The notes under the pieces were generated by a model. It had not been told where the DNA came from. It saw only the letters and a list, made by a program, of their open reading frames with translations, and made no database searches. From assembly GCA_041694885.1 (NCBI GenBank), contig JBGFRX010000034.1, positions 1 to 24,726 of the forward strand: a stretch of DNA of 24,726 bases, in the 5' to 3' direction. Shown here piece by piece: positions 17,103-24,726 of this stretch. Position 1 is the first letter of the stretch. Every line of letters starts with the position of its first letter. The DNA is from Candidatus Micrarchaeota archaeon (GTDB lineage: Archaea; Micrarchaeota; Micrarchaeia; Anstonellales; Bilamarchaeaceae). Made by a program: the position numbers and the translations under genes.

Positions 17103-17534
17103 ATGATGGGAAACGGAGAATACGCAGGACGGAACCTCAATAGGAAAAGGAAACTGTACAGGTGGCTCTCGAAGAGATGGAAGAGGAAGGCGCTTAAGTT
17201 AAAGGCGAAGTTCGACCCGCTCGAGGGCTCGCCGATGGCAAAAGCCATAGTCCTGGAAAAAGTCGTGCTGGAGCAGAAGCAGCCGCATTCGGGCCTTATC
17301 AAATGCGTGAAAGTGCAATTGGTGAAGAACGGGAGGGTGGTCACTGCGCATGCCACACGTGAGAAATCCATAAACTACATCGACGAGCACGACGAAGTAA
17401 TGATAGCCGGGATGGGCGGCTCGCAAAGGGGCCAGATGGGTTCTGTCCCAGGTGTGCGCTATAAAGTGATTGCTGTCAACGGAGTGGATTTGCAGATGCT
17501 CAGAAAGAAGAAAAAGGAAAAACCGAAACGATAG
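17103..17534 (+). CDS. rps12: 30S ribosomal protein uS12
   Basis: DPLEGSPMAKAIVLEKV, KQPHSG, VKVQLVKNG, IDEHDEV, PGVRYKVI; GGTGA SD (the start may be ATG 17106). Confidence 0.96.
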   Translation: MMGNGEYAGRNLNRKRKLYRWLSKRWKRKALKLKAKFDPLEGSPMAKAIVLEKVVLEQKQPHSGLIKCVKVQLVKNGRVVTAHATREKSINYIDEHDEVMIAGMGGSQRGQMGSVPGVRYKVIAVNGVDLQMLRKKKKEKPKR

Positions 17535-17549
17535 CGTGATGTGATTTTC

Positions 17550-18152
17550 ATGAAACTTTTTGGAAAATACGGGATGGAAGGGATTGCGATAACCGACCTG
17601 TCCCTAAAGCAGGTTGTTTCCCTTAAACCGATAAACGTCCCACATTCGTTCGGAAGGCACGCGAAAAAGCAGTTCGCCAAGCAGAAGGTGAACATAGTGG
17701 AGCGGCTCGCGAACAAATTGATGCGAGGCGGAACAGGCGAGAAGACGAGCGGCAAAGTGATAAGGACCAAAGGGAGGATGCAAGGCAAGAAGCTCAAGGC
17801 GCTGAGGATAGTGGAAAGCGCGTTCGGCATAGTCGCAAAACAAACGAATGAGAACCCTGTGCAGGTGCTCATAAAGGCATTGCAGAATTCCGCTCCGCGC
17901 GAGGACGTTACGAGGGTTGCATTCGGCGGAGTCAGCTATCAGGTGGCAACCGACATTTCAGCAACAAGGCGGCTCGACTTGGCCCTGAGGAACATAGCGC
18001 TCGCTGCGATAATGGGAAGCTTCAACAAGGGAAAGCACCTCGACGTTGCGCTCGCGAACGAAATTGTTGCAACTGCGAAAGGCGATCTTCAGGCAAGCTA
18101 TGCAATGAGGAAAAGGGACGAAATGGAAAGGATGGCGAGGAGTTCCAGATAG
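17550..18152 (+). CDS. rps7: 30S ribosomal protein uS7
   Basis: KLFGKY, PHSFGRH, IVERLANKLMR, NPVQVL..A..NSAPRED, RRLDLAL, KRDEMERMARSSR; GTGAT-N4-ATG start. Confidence 0.97.
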   Translation: MKLFGKYGMEGIAITDLSLKQVVSLKPINVPHSFGRHAKKQFAKQKVNIVERLANKLMRGGTGEKTSGKVIRTKGRMQGKKLKALRIVESAFGIVAKQTNENPVQVLIKALQNSAPREDVTRVAFGGVSYQVATDISATRRLDLALRNIALAAIMGSFNKGKHLDVALANEIVATAKGDLQASYAMRKRDEMERMARSSR

Positions 18153-18186
18153 AAGTTCTCATTCTGTTTTATTTGCAGTGATTCCG

Positions 18187-20376
18187 ATGGTAAGAAAAGA
18201 ATTTGTAGTAGGGGAAGTGCAGAAATTGATGGACCATCTGGAGAACGTGCGGAACGTAGCCATAATCGCGCACGTGGATCATGGAAAATCAACTCTAACT
18301 GATTCGCTCGTTGCAAGGGCAGGTCTTATCTCAAAAGAGCTCGCAGGAGAGCAGAGAGTGATGGACTTCGACGAGCAGGAGCAGGCAAGGGGAATCACGA
18401 TAAAGTCAGCGAACATCTCGCTCGGGTTCCAGTTTCAGGGCAAGGACTATCTTATCAATCTTATAGATACGCCGGGCCACGTGGATTTCGGAGGGCACGT
18501 CACAAGGGCGCTCAGAGCAGTTGACGGCGTGGTGCTCGTAGTTGACGCCGTGGAGGGGATAATGCCCCAGACCGAAGCGGTCTTAAGGCAGGCGCTGAAG
18601 GAAAGGGCGAAACCCACGATTTTCATAAACAAGGTTGACCGGCTTATAAACGAGCTCAAGCTCGACTCGTCTGCGATGCAGCAGAGGTTCCTCAGGATAA
18701 TCGCAGGCCTGAACAAGATAATTTCCATGAACGCGCCCAAGGACTTCGCGGACGCATGGAGCATAGACGTCACGAAGGGCAACATCGCTTTCGGGAGCGC
18801 GTACAACAAATGGGCAGTGAGCGCGCTCGCGATGAAGAAATCCGCAATCGCGTTCAAAGACATATACGAGAAAGTGCAGGCAGGGGACAACAAGTTCCTC
18901 ACCGACAAATGCCCGCTCGATGAAATACTTCTGGAAATGGCGATAATGCATCTTCCCAATCCGAAAATTGCCCAGGCGTACAGGATTCCGGTGTTATGGA
19001 AAGGGGATCTCAATACGGAAACAGGAAAGGAGATGCTCATGTGCAATTCCAGTGCGAAAACAGTTGGCGTGTGCTTCGGAGTTGTTTACGACGAGCACGC
19101 AGGGGAAGTTGGAGTTGTGCGTTTGTTCTCCGGGAACATAAAGAAGGGCGACCAGTTCTACGTCTCTTCCAAAAAGCAGTTCGCTAAAGTCCAGCAGGTT
19201 GCGGTGTACATGGGCCCTGACCGGGTGCAGGCAGAGCACATAAGCGCAGGAAACATAGGTGCAGTGGTAGGCATAAGGGACCTTTACGTGGGTGAGACGC
19301 TTTCCACGGAGATAATAGAGCCGTTCGAGCAGATAAAGCACTACGCAGAACCCGTGATTACGAAATCCATAGAAGCAAAGGAAAGCAAGAACCTCGCGCG
19401 CCTGATAGAGGTGCTAAGGGGAATAAAGAAGGAAGACCCCACCCTCAGAATCGAATTGAACCAGGAAACAGGGGAGCATCTGATAAGCGGGATGGGAGAA
19501 CTTCATTTGGAAATAATAGAGTACAAGATAAGGAACGAGAAGAAATTGGAAATCAACACTTCCCTCCCAGTTGTGGTCTACAGGGAAACGCTCACCTCTG
19601 AATCGCCCGAGGTGGAAGGCAAGTCGCCGAACAAGCACAACCGGCTCAGGGTGATTGCAGAGCCACTCGCACCGGAAACATTGGCAGCGATGGAAGAAGG
19701 CCTGATTGCTGAAGGGAAGCCGAAAGGAAAGGAGGGAATAGAGGCGCTCATCAAAGCAGGAATGGAAAGAGATGAGGCAAAGGGCGTGTGGGACATCTAT
19801 AACAGAAATATTTTAGTGGATGCAACCAAGGGAGTGCAGTACCTTAACGAGGTGCAGGAGCTCATAATACAGGGATTCGAGGAGGCGATGGACAAGGGGC
19901 CTCTTGCGAAGGAAAAAGTCATTGGAGTGAAAATCACCCTTACTGATGCGATGCTCCACGAGGACAACGTCCATCGCGGACCTGCGCAGATGCTCCCTGC
20001 TGCGAAGAGACCGGTTTACGCTGCGATGCTCATGGCTGGAATTACACTTCTCGAGCCGAAGCAGAAAGTCACGATAAACGTTCCGCAGGAATACGCGGGA
20101 AACGTGGTAACTCTCACGCAGGGAAAAAGAGGGCAATTGCTGGATATGCAGCAGGACGGCGAATATACGAACGTAATAGCGAAGATGCCCGTAGCAGAGA
20201 TGTTCGGATTCGGAAGCGACCTGCGCTCAGCGACCCAGGGTAAGGCGATCCCGTACCAGGAATACGCTGGCTATGAAGTTATGCCCAAGGAATTAGTCGC
20301 GAAAGTCGTAAAGCAGATTAGGGAAAGAAAAGGGGATAAGCCGGAACCGCCCACACCTCAGGATTTTCTGAATTAG
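18187..20376 (+). CDS. fusA: Translation elongation factor aEF-2
   Basis: AHVDHGKST, RGITI, DTPGH, NKVD, GMGELHLE and diphthamide-loop LHEDNVHRGPAQ; GTGAT-N4-ATG start. Confidence 0.98.
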   Translation: MVRKEFVVGEVQKLMDHLENVRNVAIIAHVDHGKSTLTDSLVARAGLISKELAGEQRVMDFDEQEQARGITIKSANISLGFQFQGKDYLINLIDTPGHVDFGGHVTRALRAVDGVVLVVDAVEGIMPQTEAVLRQALKERAKPTIFINKVDRLINELKLDSSAMQQRFLRIIAGLNKIISMNAPKDFADAWSIDVTKGNIAFGSAYNKWAVSALAMKKSAIAFKDIYEKVQAGDNKFLTDKCPLDEILLEMAIMHLPNPKIAQAYRIPVLWKGDLNTETGKEMLMCNSSAKTVGVCFGVVYDEHAGEVGVVRLFSGNIKKGDQFYVSSKKQFAKVQQVAVYMGPDRVQAEHISAGNIGAVVGIRDLYVGETLSTEIIEPFEQIKHYAEPVITKSIEAKESKNLARLIEVLRGIKKEDPTLRIELNQETGEHLISGMGELHLEIIEYKIRNEKKLEINTSLPVVVYRETLTSESPEVEGKSPNKHNRLRVIAEPLAPETLAAMEEGLIAEGKPKGKEGIEALIKAGMERDEAKGVWDIYNRNILVDATKGVQYLNEVQELIIQGFEEAMDKGPLAKEKVIGVKITLTDAMLHEDNVHRGPAQMLPAAKRPVYAAMLMAGITLLEPKQKVTINVPQEYAGNVVTLTQGKRGQLLDMQQDGEYTNVIAKMPVAEMFGFGSDLRSATQGKAIPYQEYAGYEVMPKELVAKVVKQIRERKGDKPEPPTPQDFLN

Positions 20377-20390
20377 CGGTTTTATCTGTG

Positions 20391-20400
20391 TTTATAAATG
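20391..20400 (+). promoter_or_regulatory. Putative TATA box for rpl10e
   Basis: TTTATAAATG in the AT-rich spacer about 60 nt upstream of the ATG; GAGGGG SD at about 20446-20451. Confidence 0.45.
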
Positions 20401-20457
20401 TTTGGAAATGCTTTTAAATGAAAAACGCGAACTAATGAATATTGAAGAGGGGAAAAT

Positions 20458-20985
20458 ATGGGACTCAGGCCTGGAAGAACTATGAGGGACACCAACAAAC
20501 CGGCGTGGAGCAGGTTCTCGCGCAAGACGCCGCGCAAGTCGTACATAAAAGCAATGCCGCACCAGGACATCACCCAATTCAGAATGGGCGCGATGAAGCC
20601 GGACTACAATGTTACCTTCCACTTGGTAAGCAGAGAGGATATCCAGATAAGGGACAACGCGCTCGAGAGCGCGAGGCAGGCGATGAACAAATACCTGGAG
20701 AAACTCATGCCCGGTAATTTCTATTTCGTGGTGCGCGTTTTCCCGCACCAGGTAATAAGGGAAAACAAAATGATAGCAGGCGCAGGGGCAGATCGTCTGC
20801 AGAAGGGAATGAGGCAGTCGTTTGGAAGGGCTACTGACAAAGCCGCAAGGGTGCGCAGGAGCCAGGAGATCTTCACAGTAAGCACATATTTGGACAAAAG
20901 TGCGGTTGTGAGAGCCGCGATAGAGCGCGCCTTGAAGAAGCTTCCGGGCGCGTACACTCTCGTAACAGAAGAAAAAGCGGCGTGA
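20458..20985 (+). CDS. rpl10e: 50S ribosomal protein uL16 (L10e)
   Basis: MGLRPGR, QIRDNALESAR, FPHQVIRENKM, GAGADRLQKGMRQSFG, ALKKLP. Confidence 0.97.
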   Translation: MGLRPGRTMRDTNKPAWSRFSRKTPRKSYIKAMPHQDITQFRMGAMKPDYNVTFHLVSREDIQIRDNALESARQAMNKYLEKLMPGNFYFVVRVFPHQVIRENKMIAGAGADRLQKGMRQSFGRATDKAARVRRSQEIFTVSTYLDKSAVVRAAIERALKKLPGAYTLVTEEKAA

Positions 20986-21049
20986 TTCGAAGGCAGAAAT
21001 GCAACACGCGCGCAACCAGAGCGGATAAAAAACATTTGCAGGTGGTCGC

Positions 21050-23029
21050 ATGGACAGGAAAACAACTGCTGACGATGCCCTGATAAGCACGGACATAGAC
21101 AATCTCATAAAACACCTTTCGTCCAGGAAGCGCGTGGAAATGGGCGCGCTCGCGCGGGAGCTTGGGATGAAGCCCGAAATCCTGAAAAAGTGGGTGGACA
21201 TTTTGGAGGACGAGGGCTATGTGAGAGTGGAATATCATCTTCTAAACGAATTCGTTACATGGAGAGGTGGGGAACTGACGCTCAGGGAAGAGAAAGTAAT
21301 GGAGGAAAAGGCGGCTGTGGAAGAATTGGAAAAGGAAAAGCGCCTGGAGGAGATTTTGGCACCGCGGCTTCCTGTGGAAAAAGAAGCAGAAGGGGAGGAA
21401 AAGCCACCTGAATCCGGATACGCGAAAGCTGAAGTAGCTGAAACTGCCGGAGTCCGGAAGCCCGGGCCCGGAACTGTGGAAAAAGAGGAGAGGAAGAAGA
21501 GCCAGTTCACACAACCGGAATTCAAATTGGGACCGGAGGAATTCGGAAAGGAGGCACAGGAGCGCGTGGAGCGCATAATGGAAAAAATAGGCGGAAAGCC
21601 CGGGGAAGCGGAAAAGGAAATGCTCGTAAAAGGAGTAAGGGGCGAAAAGGAAGGCCGCGAAGAAGTCGCGAAAATAATCGAATCATTCAGGGAGGAAAAG
21701 AGCGAAGAAGAGAAAGGGCACGAGGAAAAGATGCTGGAGCAGGCGCTTGCGCATGCGAAAAAAAGTGCTCCAGAACGCAGATTGTTCATGGAAAAGAAGG
21801 AAGGAGGAAAGGCGAGAGAATTGGAGAAGGAAAAGCGGAAAGAGGAGGAAGAAATCCTCTCGCTGAAAAAATCCATCTCTGAGTACATGGACGAGATAAA
21901 GGTGCGCAAGGAGGAACTCGGGAAACTCAAGGAGGAAAGGGAAAGGCATCTCGCAGATGCCTATCTTTCGCTCGAATCGAAATTCAAGATCGCTTACGAC
22001 AGCATAGCCGAGCGCCTTCTCGAAAAAGAAGGAAAGCTCATAGAACTTAAGGAGCGCCTTATGGCTCTTCCGGAAAAAATAGGGGAAATAGGCAAGGTCG
22101 AGATGGCGCTCAGGCGCATAAGGCAGGAAGGAAGGGGCGCGCTCATCGCGAACCGCGAGGAAATGGAAAGGGCGAAGAAGGCCCTGCGCGAAGAAGATGT
22201 GCGCCTCAGGGAAGAACTGAATGCGATAGAAAAGGACGCGAAAGGTAGGAAGGCGGAGATGTTGGATATAGCGCAGTCACTATCCACACTCGAAGGCAGG
22301 GAGGAGGATGTCAGGAAGAACATAGAGAACATGAACAAGGAGCTCGCTGAAATAAACGAAAGCGTGGCTTCGGCTTATGCTTCGCTTTCGCAGTTCGCGC
22401 AGACGCGCACGGAACTTTCGAGGCGGCTCGAGAACATAAGGATAACGCTCGATACAAGGGCAAAGCAGGCATCCGATACATATGCGCGGCTCCAGGACCT
22501 CAAGAAATCGGAAGCGGCGATAAGTGAATACCTCTCCGATTACCAGAAGAAAACTGGCGAGGTCGAGGACTACGTGAAGGAGAGCGAAAAGGAACTCCTC
22601 TCGCTCAGGGAGCTCGCAGAAGTGAAGTACATGCGCAGCTACCTGAAGGAACTTGAATCCATTTCATCTTCATACGAGCAGGGGCTCGAGGAAGCAGATG
22701 CGCAGGAGAAGGCGATGGACGAGCGCATCGCAGAGGCAAAGGCAAATCTTACTGCGCTTCTCGCTGAAAGCCGCTCGCTCGTGAAATCGCTCGAGGAGAA
22801 GACGAGCGGAAAGGACTTCGATAAGGTGCTTTCCCAGGCAAAGGCGAAGCAGCAGGCGATGGTCGCATCCGTTGCTGAAAAATCCGCTGAGCTCAAGCGG
22901 CTGAAGGAAGTGGTTCCTCAGCCAGCGGAAGGGTCAGCTGTTCCCATTGCAAAGGAAAAGCAGATTCCAACATTCGGCAGGCCTGGAAAAAGGAAGGGGA
23001 AGAAAGAAAAGAAAAGGAAGAGAAAGTAA
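21050..23029 (+). CDS. Hypothetical protein: N-terminal winged-helix-like domain, E/K-rich linker, long coiled coil and basic tail
   Basis: N-terminal TDIDNLIKHL...LARELG...KKWVDILEDEGYVRVEY is wHTH-like. It is followed by more than 300 aa of heptad-rich helix. No Walker A and no TM; GGTGG SD. Confidence 0.8.
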   Translation: MDRKTTADDALISTDIDNLIKHLSSRKRVEMGALARELGMKPEILKKWVDILEDEGYVRVEYHLLNEFVTWRGGELTLREEKVMEEKAAVEELEKEKRLEEILAPRLPVEKEAEGEEKPPESGYAKAEVAETAGVRKPGPGTVEKEERKKSQFTQPEFKLGPEEFGKEAQERVERIMEKIGGKPGEAEKEMLVKGVRGEKEGREEVAKIIESFREEKSEEEKGHEEKMLEQALAHAKKSAPERRLFMEKKEGGKARELEKEKRKEEEEILSLKKSISEYMDEIKVRKEELGKLKEERERHLADAYLSLESKFKIAYDSIAERLLEKEGKLIELKERLMALPEKIGEIGKVEMALRRIRQEGRGALIANREEMERAKKALREEDVRLREELNAIEKDAKGRKAEMLDIAQSLSTLEGREEDVRKNIENMNKELAEINESVASAYASLSQFAQTRTELSRRLENIRITLDTRAKQASDTYARLQDLKKSEAAISEYLSDYQKKTGEVEDYVKESEKELLSLRELAEVKYMRSYLKELESISSSYEQGLEEADAQEKAMDERIAEAKANLTALLAESRSLVKSLEEKTSGKDFDKVLSQAKAKQQAMVASVAEKSAELKRLKEVVPQPAEGSAVPIAKEKQIPTFGRPGKRKGKKEKKRKRK

Positions 23030-23053
23030 GCAAAGTCCTTCGGCGTGCTCAGC

Positions 23054-23072
23054 AAAAAGAAAAAAAGAGAAA
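23054..23072 (-). terminator. Putative oligo-U terminator for the minus-strand genes
   Basis: The A-rich tract AAAAAGAAAAAAAGAGAAA on + gives a U-rich tract just after the stop at 23081. Confidence 0.4.
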
Positions 23073-23080
23073 CTTCAGCG

Positions 23081-23593
23081 TTAAATCCGGGTCTGCTGCT
23101 GTTTCCTGCTCCTCGCTTCGTCCACTGTCGCAAGCCACGAGTCTCCGATCTTCATAAGATAGTTCCCAAACGTTTTGCTCAGCCCTATCACCATGGGCCT
23201 GAATTTCCTCTTGCTCTCCTGCGCGACAATCGTCTCGCGCTCTACTTTTATCATCCCGGCCTTCCTTAGCCGGGGGAGCACGCGGTTGTAGAAGGTCGCC
23301 TTGGAAATGCCGTTATTCTTCACATATGCGGAAGCGTCCTCCCCTCCTAAGGTCAATTTCTCAGCAAGCAGTTTCAAAAAGCCGAGCGCGATTTCGTAGT
23401 ACTTCGGCTGATATTTTCTTGAAAAAACGAAATTAGTTATCTCATCAATGTTCCATAGGTTGCGGGTTATGTTTTCCTCCTTGTCCTGGAAATTCCTTAT
23501 TTCTGCGCTGTTATGCGCAGGAAGGTAAAGGGTTTCGTCAGAAGGTACTCCTCTGCTTGCAATCGCCCTCTTTTCATTTTCCATATCTGCCAT
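23081..23593 (-). CDS. Hypothetical protein with winged helix-turn-helix-like motif (possible transcription regulator)
   Basis: 170-aa ORF; ISKATFYNRVLPRLRKAGMIKVER resembles a wHTH recognition helix plus wing. Confidence 0.75.
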   Translation of the reverse strand: MADMENEKRAIASRGVPSDETLYLPAHNSAEIRNFQDKEENITRNLWNIDEITNFVFSRKYQPKYYEIALGFLKLLAEKLTLGGEDASAYVKNNGISKATFYNRVLPRLRKAGMIKVERETIVAQESKRKFRPMVIGLSKTFGNYLMKIGDSWLATVDEARSRKQQQTRI

Positions 23594-23623
23594 ATCAATC
23601 GGTTTCCCATTCCCAGTTTCCTG

Positions 23624-23932
23624 CTATCCGAATATGTCCCCGAAGCCCGATGTGGCGCTTTCCTCTTCCTTTTCCATGAGTGCTATTATTCTTTTTTCGA
23701 CTTCATCCTTGCTGCGCTCAACAATTCCCTTAAGTTTTTCCTCCGCTTTCTCGAAGAACGCTTCTTCAGCGGAAATGTAAATGTAGAATTTGCCCCTGTC
23801 CTCGCCTATAATCGCACCCTCCTTCGTCTTGTAGCCCACGCGCGAGAAGCTGTCCTCTGCATATGGCTCTGCCTCGGCTATCTTCAGCAGTTCCTTCTTT
23901 TTCGCAATGTCGCATTCGTAAACTCTTTTCAT
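23624..23932 (-). CDS. Small acidic archaeal hypothetical protein (C-terminal GFGxIFG)
   Basis: Start ATG 23932 follows GGTG SD; 102 aa MKRVYECD...SFSRVGY...FYIYISA...EEESATSGFGDIFG with genome-typical composition. Confidence 0.75.
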   Translation of the reverse strand: MKRVYECDIAKKKELLKIAEAEPYAEDSFSRVGYKTKEGAIIGEDRGKFYIYISAEEAFFEKAEEKLKGIVERSKDEVEKRIIALMEKEEESATSGFGDIFG

Positions 23933-23959
23933 CCAGGCACCAAAACCATTATATTGCGG

Positions 23960-23970
23960 AAATATATAAA
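23960..23970. promoter_or_regulatory. Possible bidirectional TATA box between divergent genes
   Basis: AAATATATAAA reads TATATAAA on + and TTTATATA on -, about 30-40 nt from both ATG 23932 (-) and ATG 24006 (+). Confidence 0.55.
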
Positions 23971-24005
23971 CCTTAATAATCATTTACGTATAAAGGGGTG
24001 AAAAC

Positions 24006-24050
24006 ATGTGCGGCTGCTGCAGCGCGAAAAAGAAAGGCAAGAAAAAATAA
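24006..24050 (+). CDS. Candidate 14-aa microprotein MCGCCSAKKKGKKK
   Basis: Strong SD GGGGTGA 4 nt before the ATG, upstream TATA and downstream U-rich tract (24063-24084). It occupies an otherwise empty intergenic gap. Confidence 0.55.
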   Translation: MCGCCSAKKKGKKK

Positions 24051-24062
24051 TCCAGGCTCGTG

Positions 24063-24084
24063 TTTCTTTTTATTTATAAATTTT
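24063..24084 (+). terminator. U-rich putative terminator between convergent genes
   Basis: TTTCTTTTTATTTATAAATTTT. Confidence 0.35.
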
Positions 24085-24123
24085 CCCAGTGCAACGGCTT
24101 CATCCAATAACCCGGAATGAAAA

Positions 24124-24726
24124 TCAGGAAATAAGCGCCTTCAGGGCGCCCAAGAGTTGCGGTCTTCCCTTCAGCACCTTCGCAACCGGGCCTGCGAACT
24201 GGCCCTTCATAACCAAATCCAAATCATCCTGCGTAATCGTATTGAAGATGTAATTCAAATCATCATCTGAAACGTGCTCCATCACTTTCCTTAGCAAGAG
24301 CCGCTTCTCGACCTTCTTCCCAGGATCTGCCCTCCACATTTTTTCGTATTCGTAAAGCTTGTTTTTGGAAAAATCATTTTTCGCAAATGCATCGTTCGCG
24401 ACCTTTGCAGCCATCATCCCTGCTTCCATTGCAAGAGCAATTCCCCCTCCGTGAATCGGGTCAACCTGCTTCGCAGCAGTTCCCACCACCATGAAATTAT
24501 CTTCGACAAATTTGTCCAGCGGGGCTCCGACGCTTATTATCCCCCCAAAGTCAAGAAGAGTACTCGCGTCCTTCACCCCGTTCGTTCTGGCAACGAATTT
24601 ATCCAGTAAAATTTTCGGGTCAGCGCCCATTATGCCACTTTTCTTATTCCACTTCGTTAAATGCGCGCCGATTCCAATGCCAACATTCGCTTTCTTGTCT
24701 TTCTTCGGGAAGATCCAGCAGTATCC
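24124..24726 (-). CDS. Geranylgeranyl reductase-family FAD-dependent oxidoreductase (digeranylgeranylglycerophospholipid reductase-like), 5'-partial
   Basis: Frame open from the window end: GYCWIFPKKDKKANVGIG (YxWxFP signature), then VVGTAAKQVDPIHGGGIALAMEAG...L..YEKMW. Confidence 0.88.
   Translation of the reverse strand, partial: GYCWIFPKKDKKANVGIGIGAHLTKWNKKSGIMGADPKILLDKFVARTNGVKDASTLLDFGGIISVGAPLDKFVEDNFMVVGTAAKQVDPIHGGGIALAMEAGMMAAKVANDAFAKNDFSKNKLYEYEKMWRADPGKKVEKRLLLRKVMEHVSDDDLNYIFNTITQDDLDLVMKGQFAGPVAKVLKGRPQLLGALKALIS

Noticed and set aside
19950..19990. Diphthamide-less EF-2 paralogue
   Set aside because: The target His in HRG is retained (LHEDNVHRGPAQ).
1..24726. CRISPR array, transposase or integrase
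   Set aside because: No regularly spaced repeat-spacer array and no transposase or integrase ORF. All repeats seen are in-frame coding repeats.

Overview
Archaeal genomic window. The lineage is probably DPANN, and a Micrarchaeota-like assignment is an inference from gene style. Positions 1-6881 hold three tandem, Cys-rich, N-glycosylation-sequon-rich secreted surface proteins built from shuffled beta-sandwich, NosD-type beta-helix and Cys-rich modules. Positions 7022-20985 hold the core transcription/translation cluster: rpo5(H), rpo2N(B''), rpo2C(B'), rpo1N(A'), rpo1C(A'', carrying a LAGLIDADG intein in the trigger loop), rpl30e, nusA, rps12, rps7, EF-2 and rpl10e/uL16. Beyond it are a wHTH plus coiled-coil protein, two minus-strand hypotheticals, a candidate 14-aa microprotein and a partial geranylgeranyl-reductase-family gene. 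Most notable: (1) one beta-sandwich repeat is split exactly between surface genes 2 and 3 by a 91-nt 'stop + start + signal peptide' segment, suggesting donor-strand-type attachment of an unanchored adhesin to a membrane-anchored stalk; (2) a roughly 140-nt multi-hairpin RNA in the rps12 leader; (3) a promoter- and SD-equipped microprotein MCGCCSAKKKGKKK; (4) chains of ATGA-overlapping micro-ORFs in the spacers between split RNAP subunit genes.
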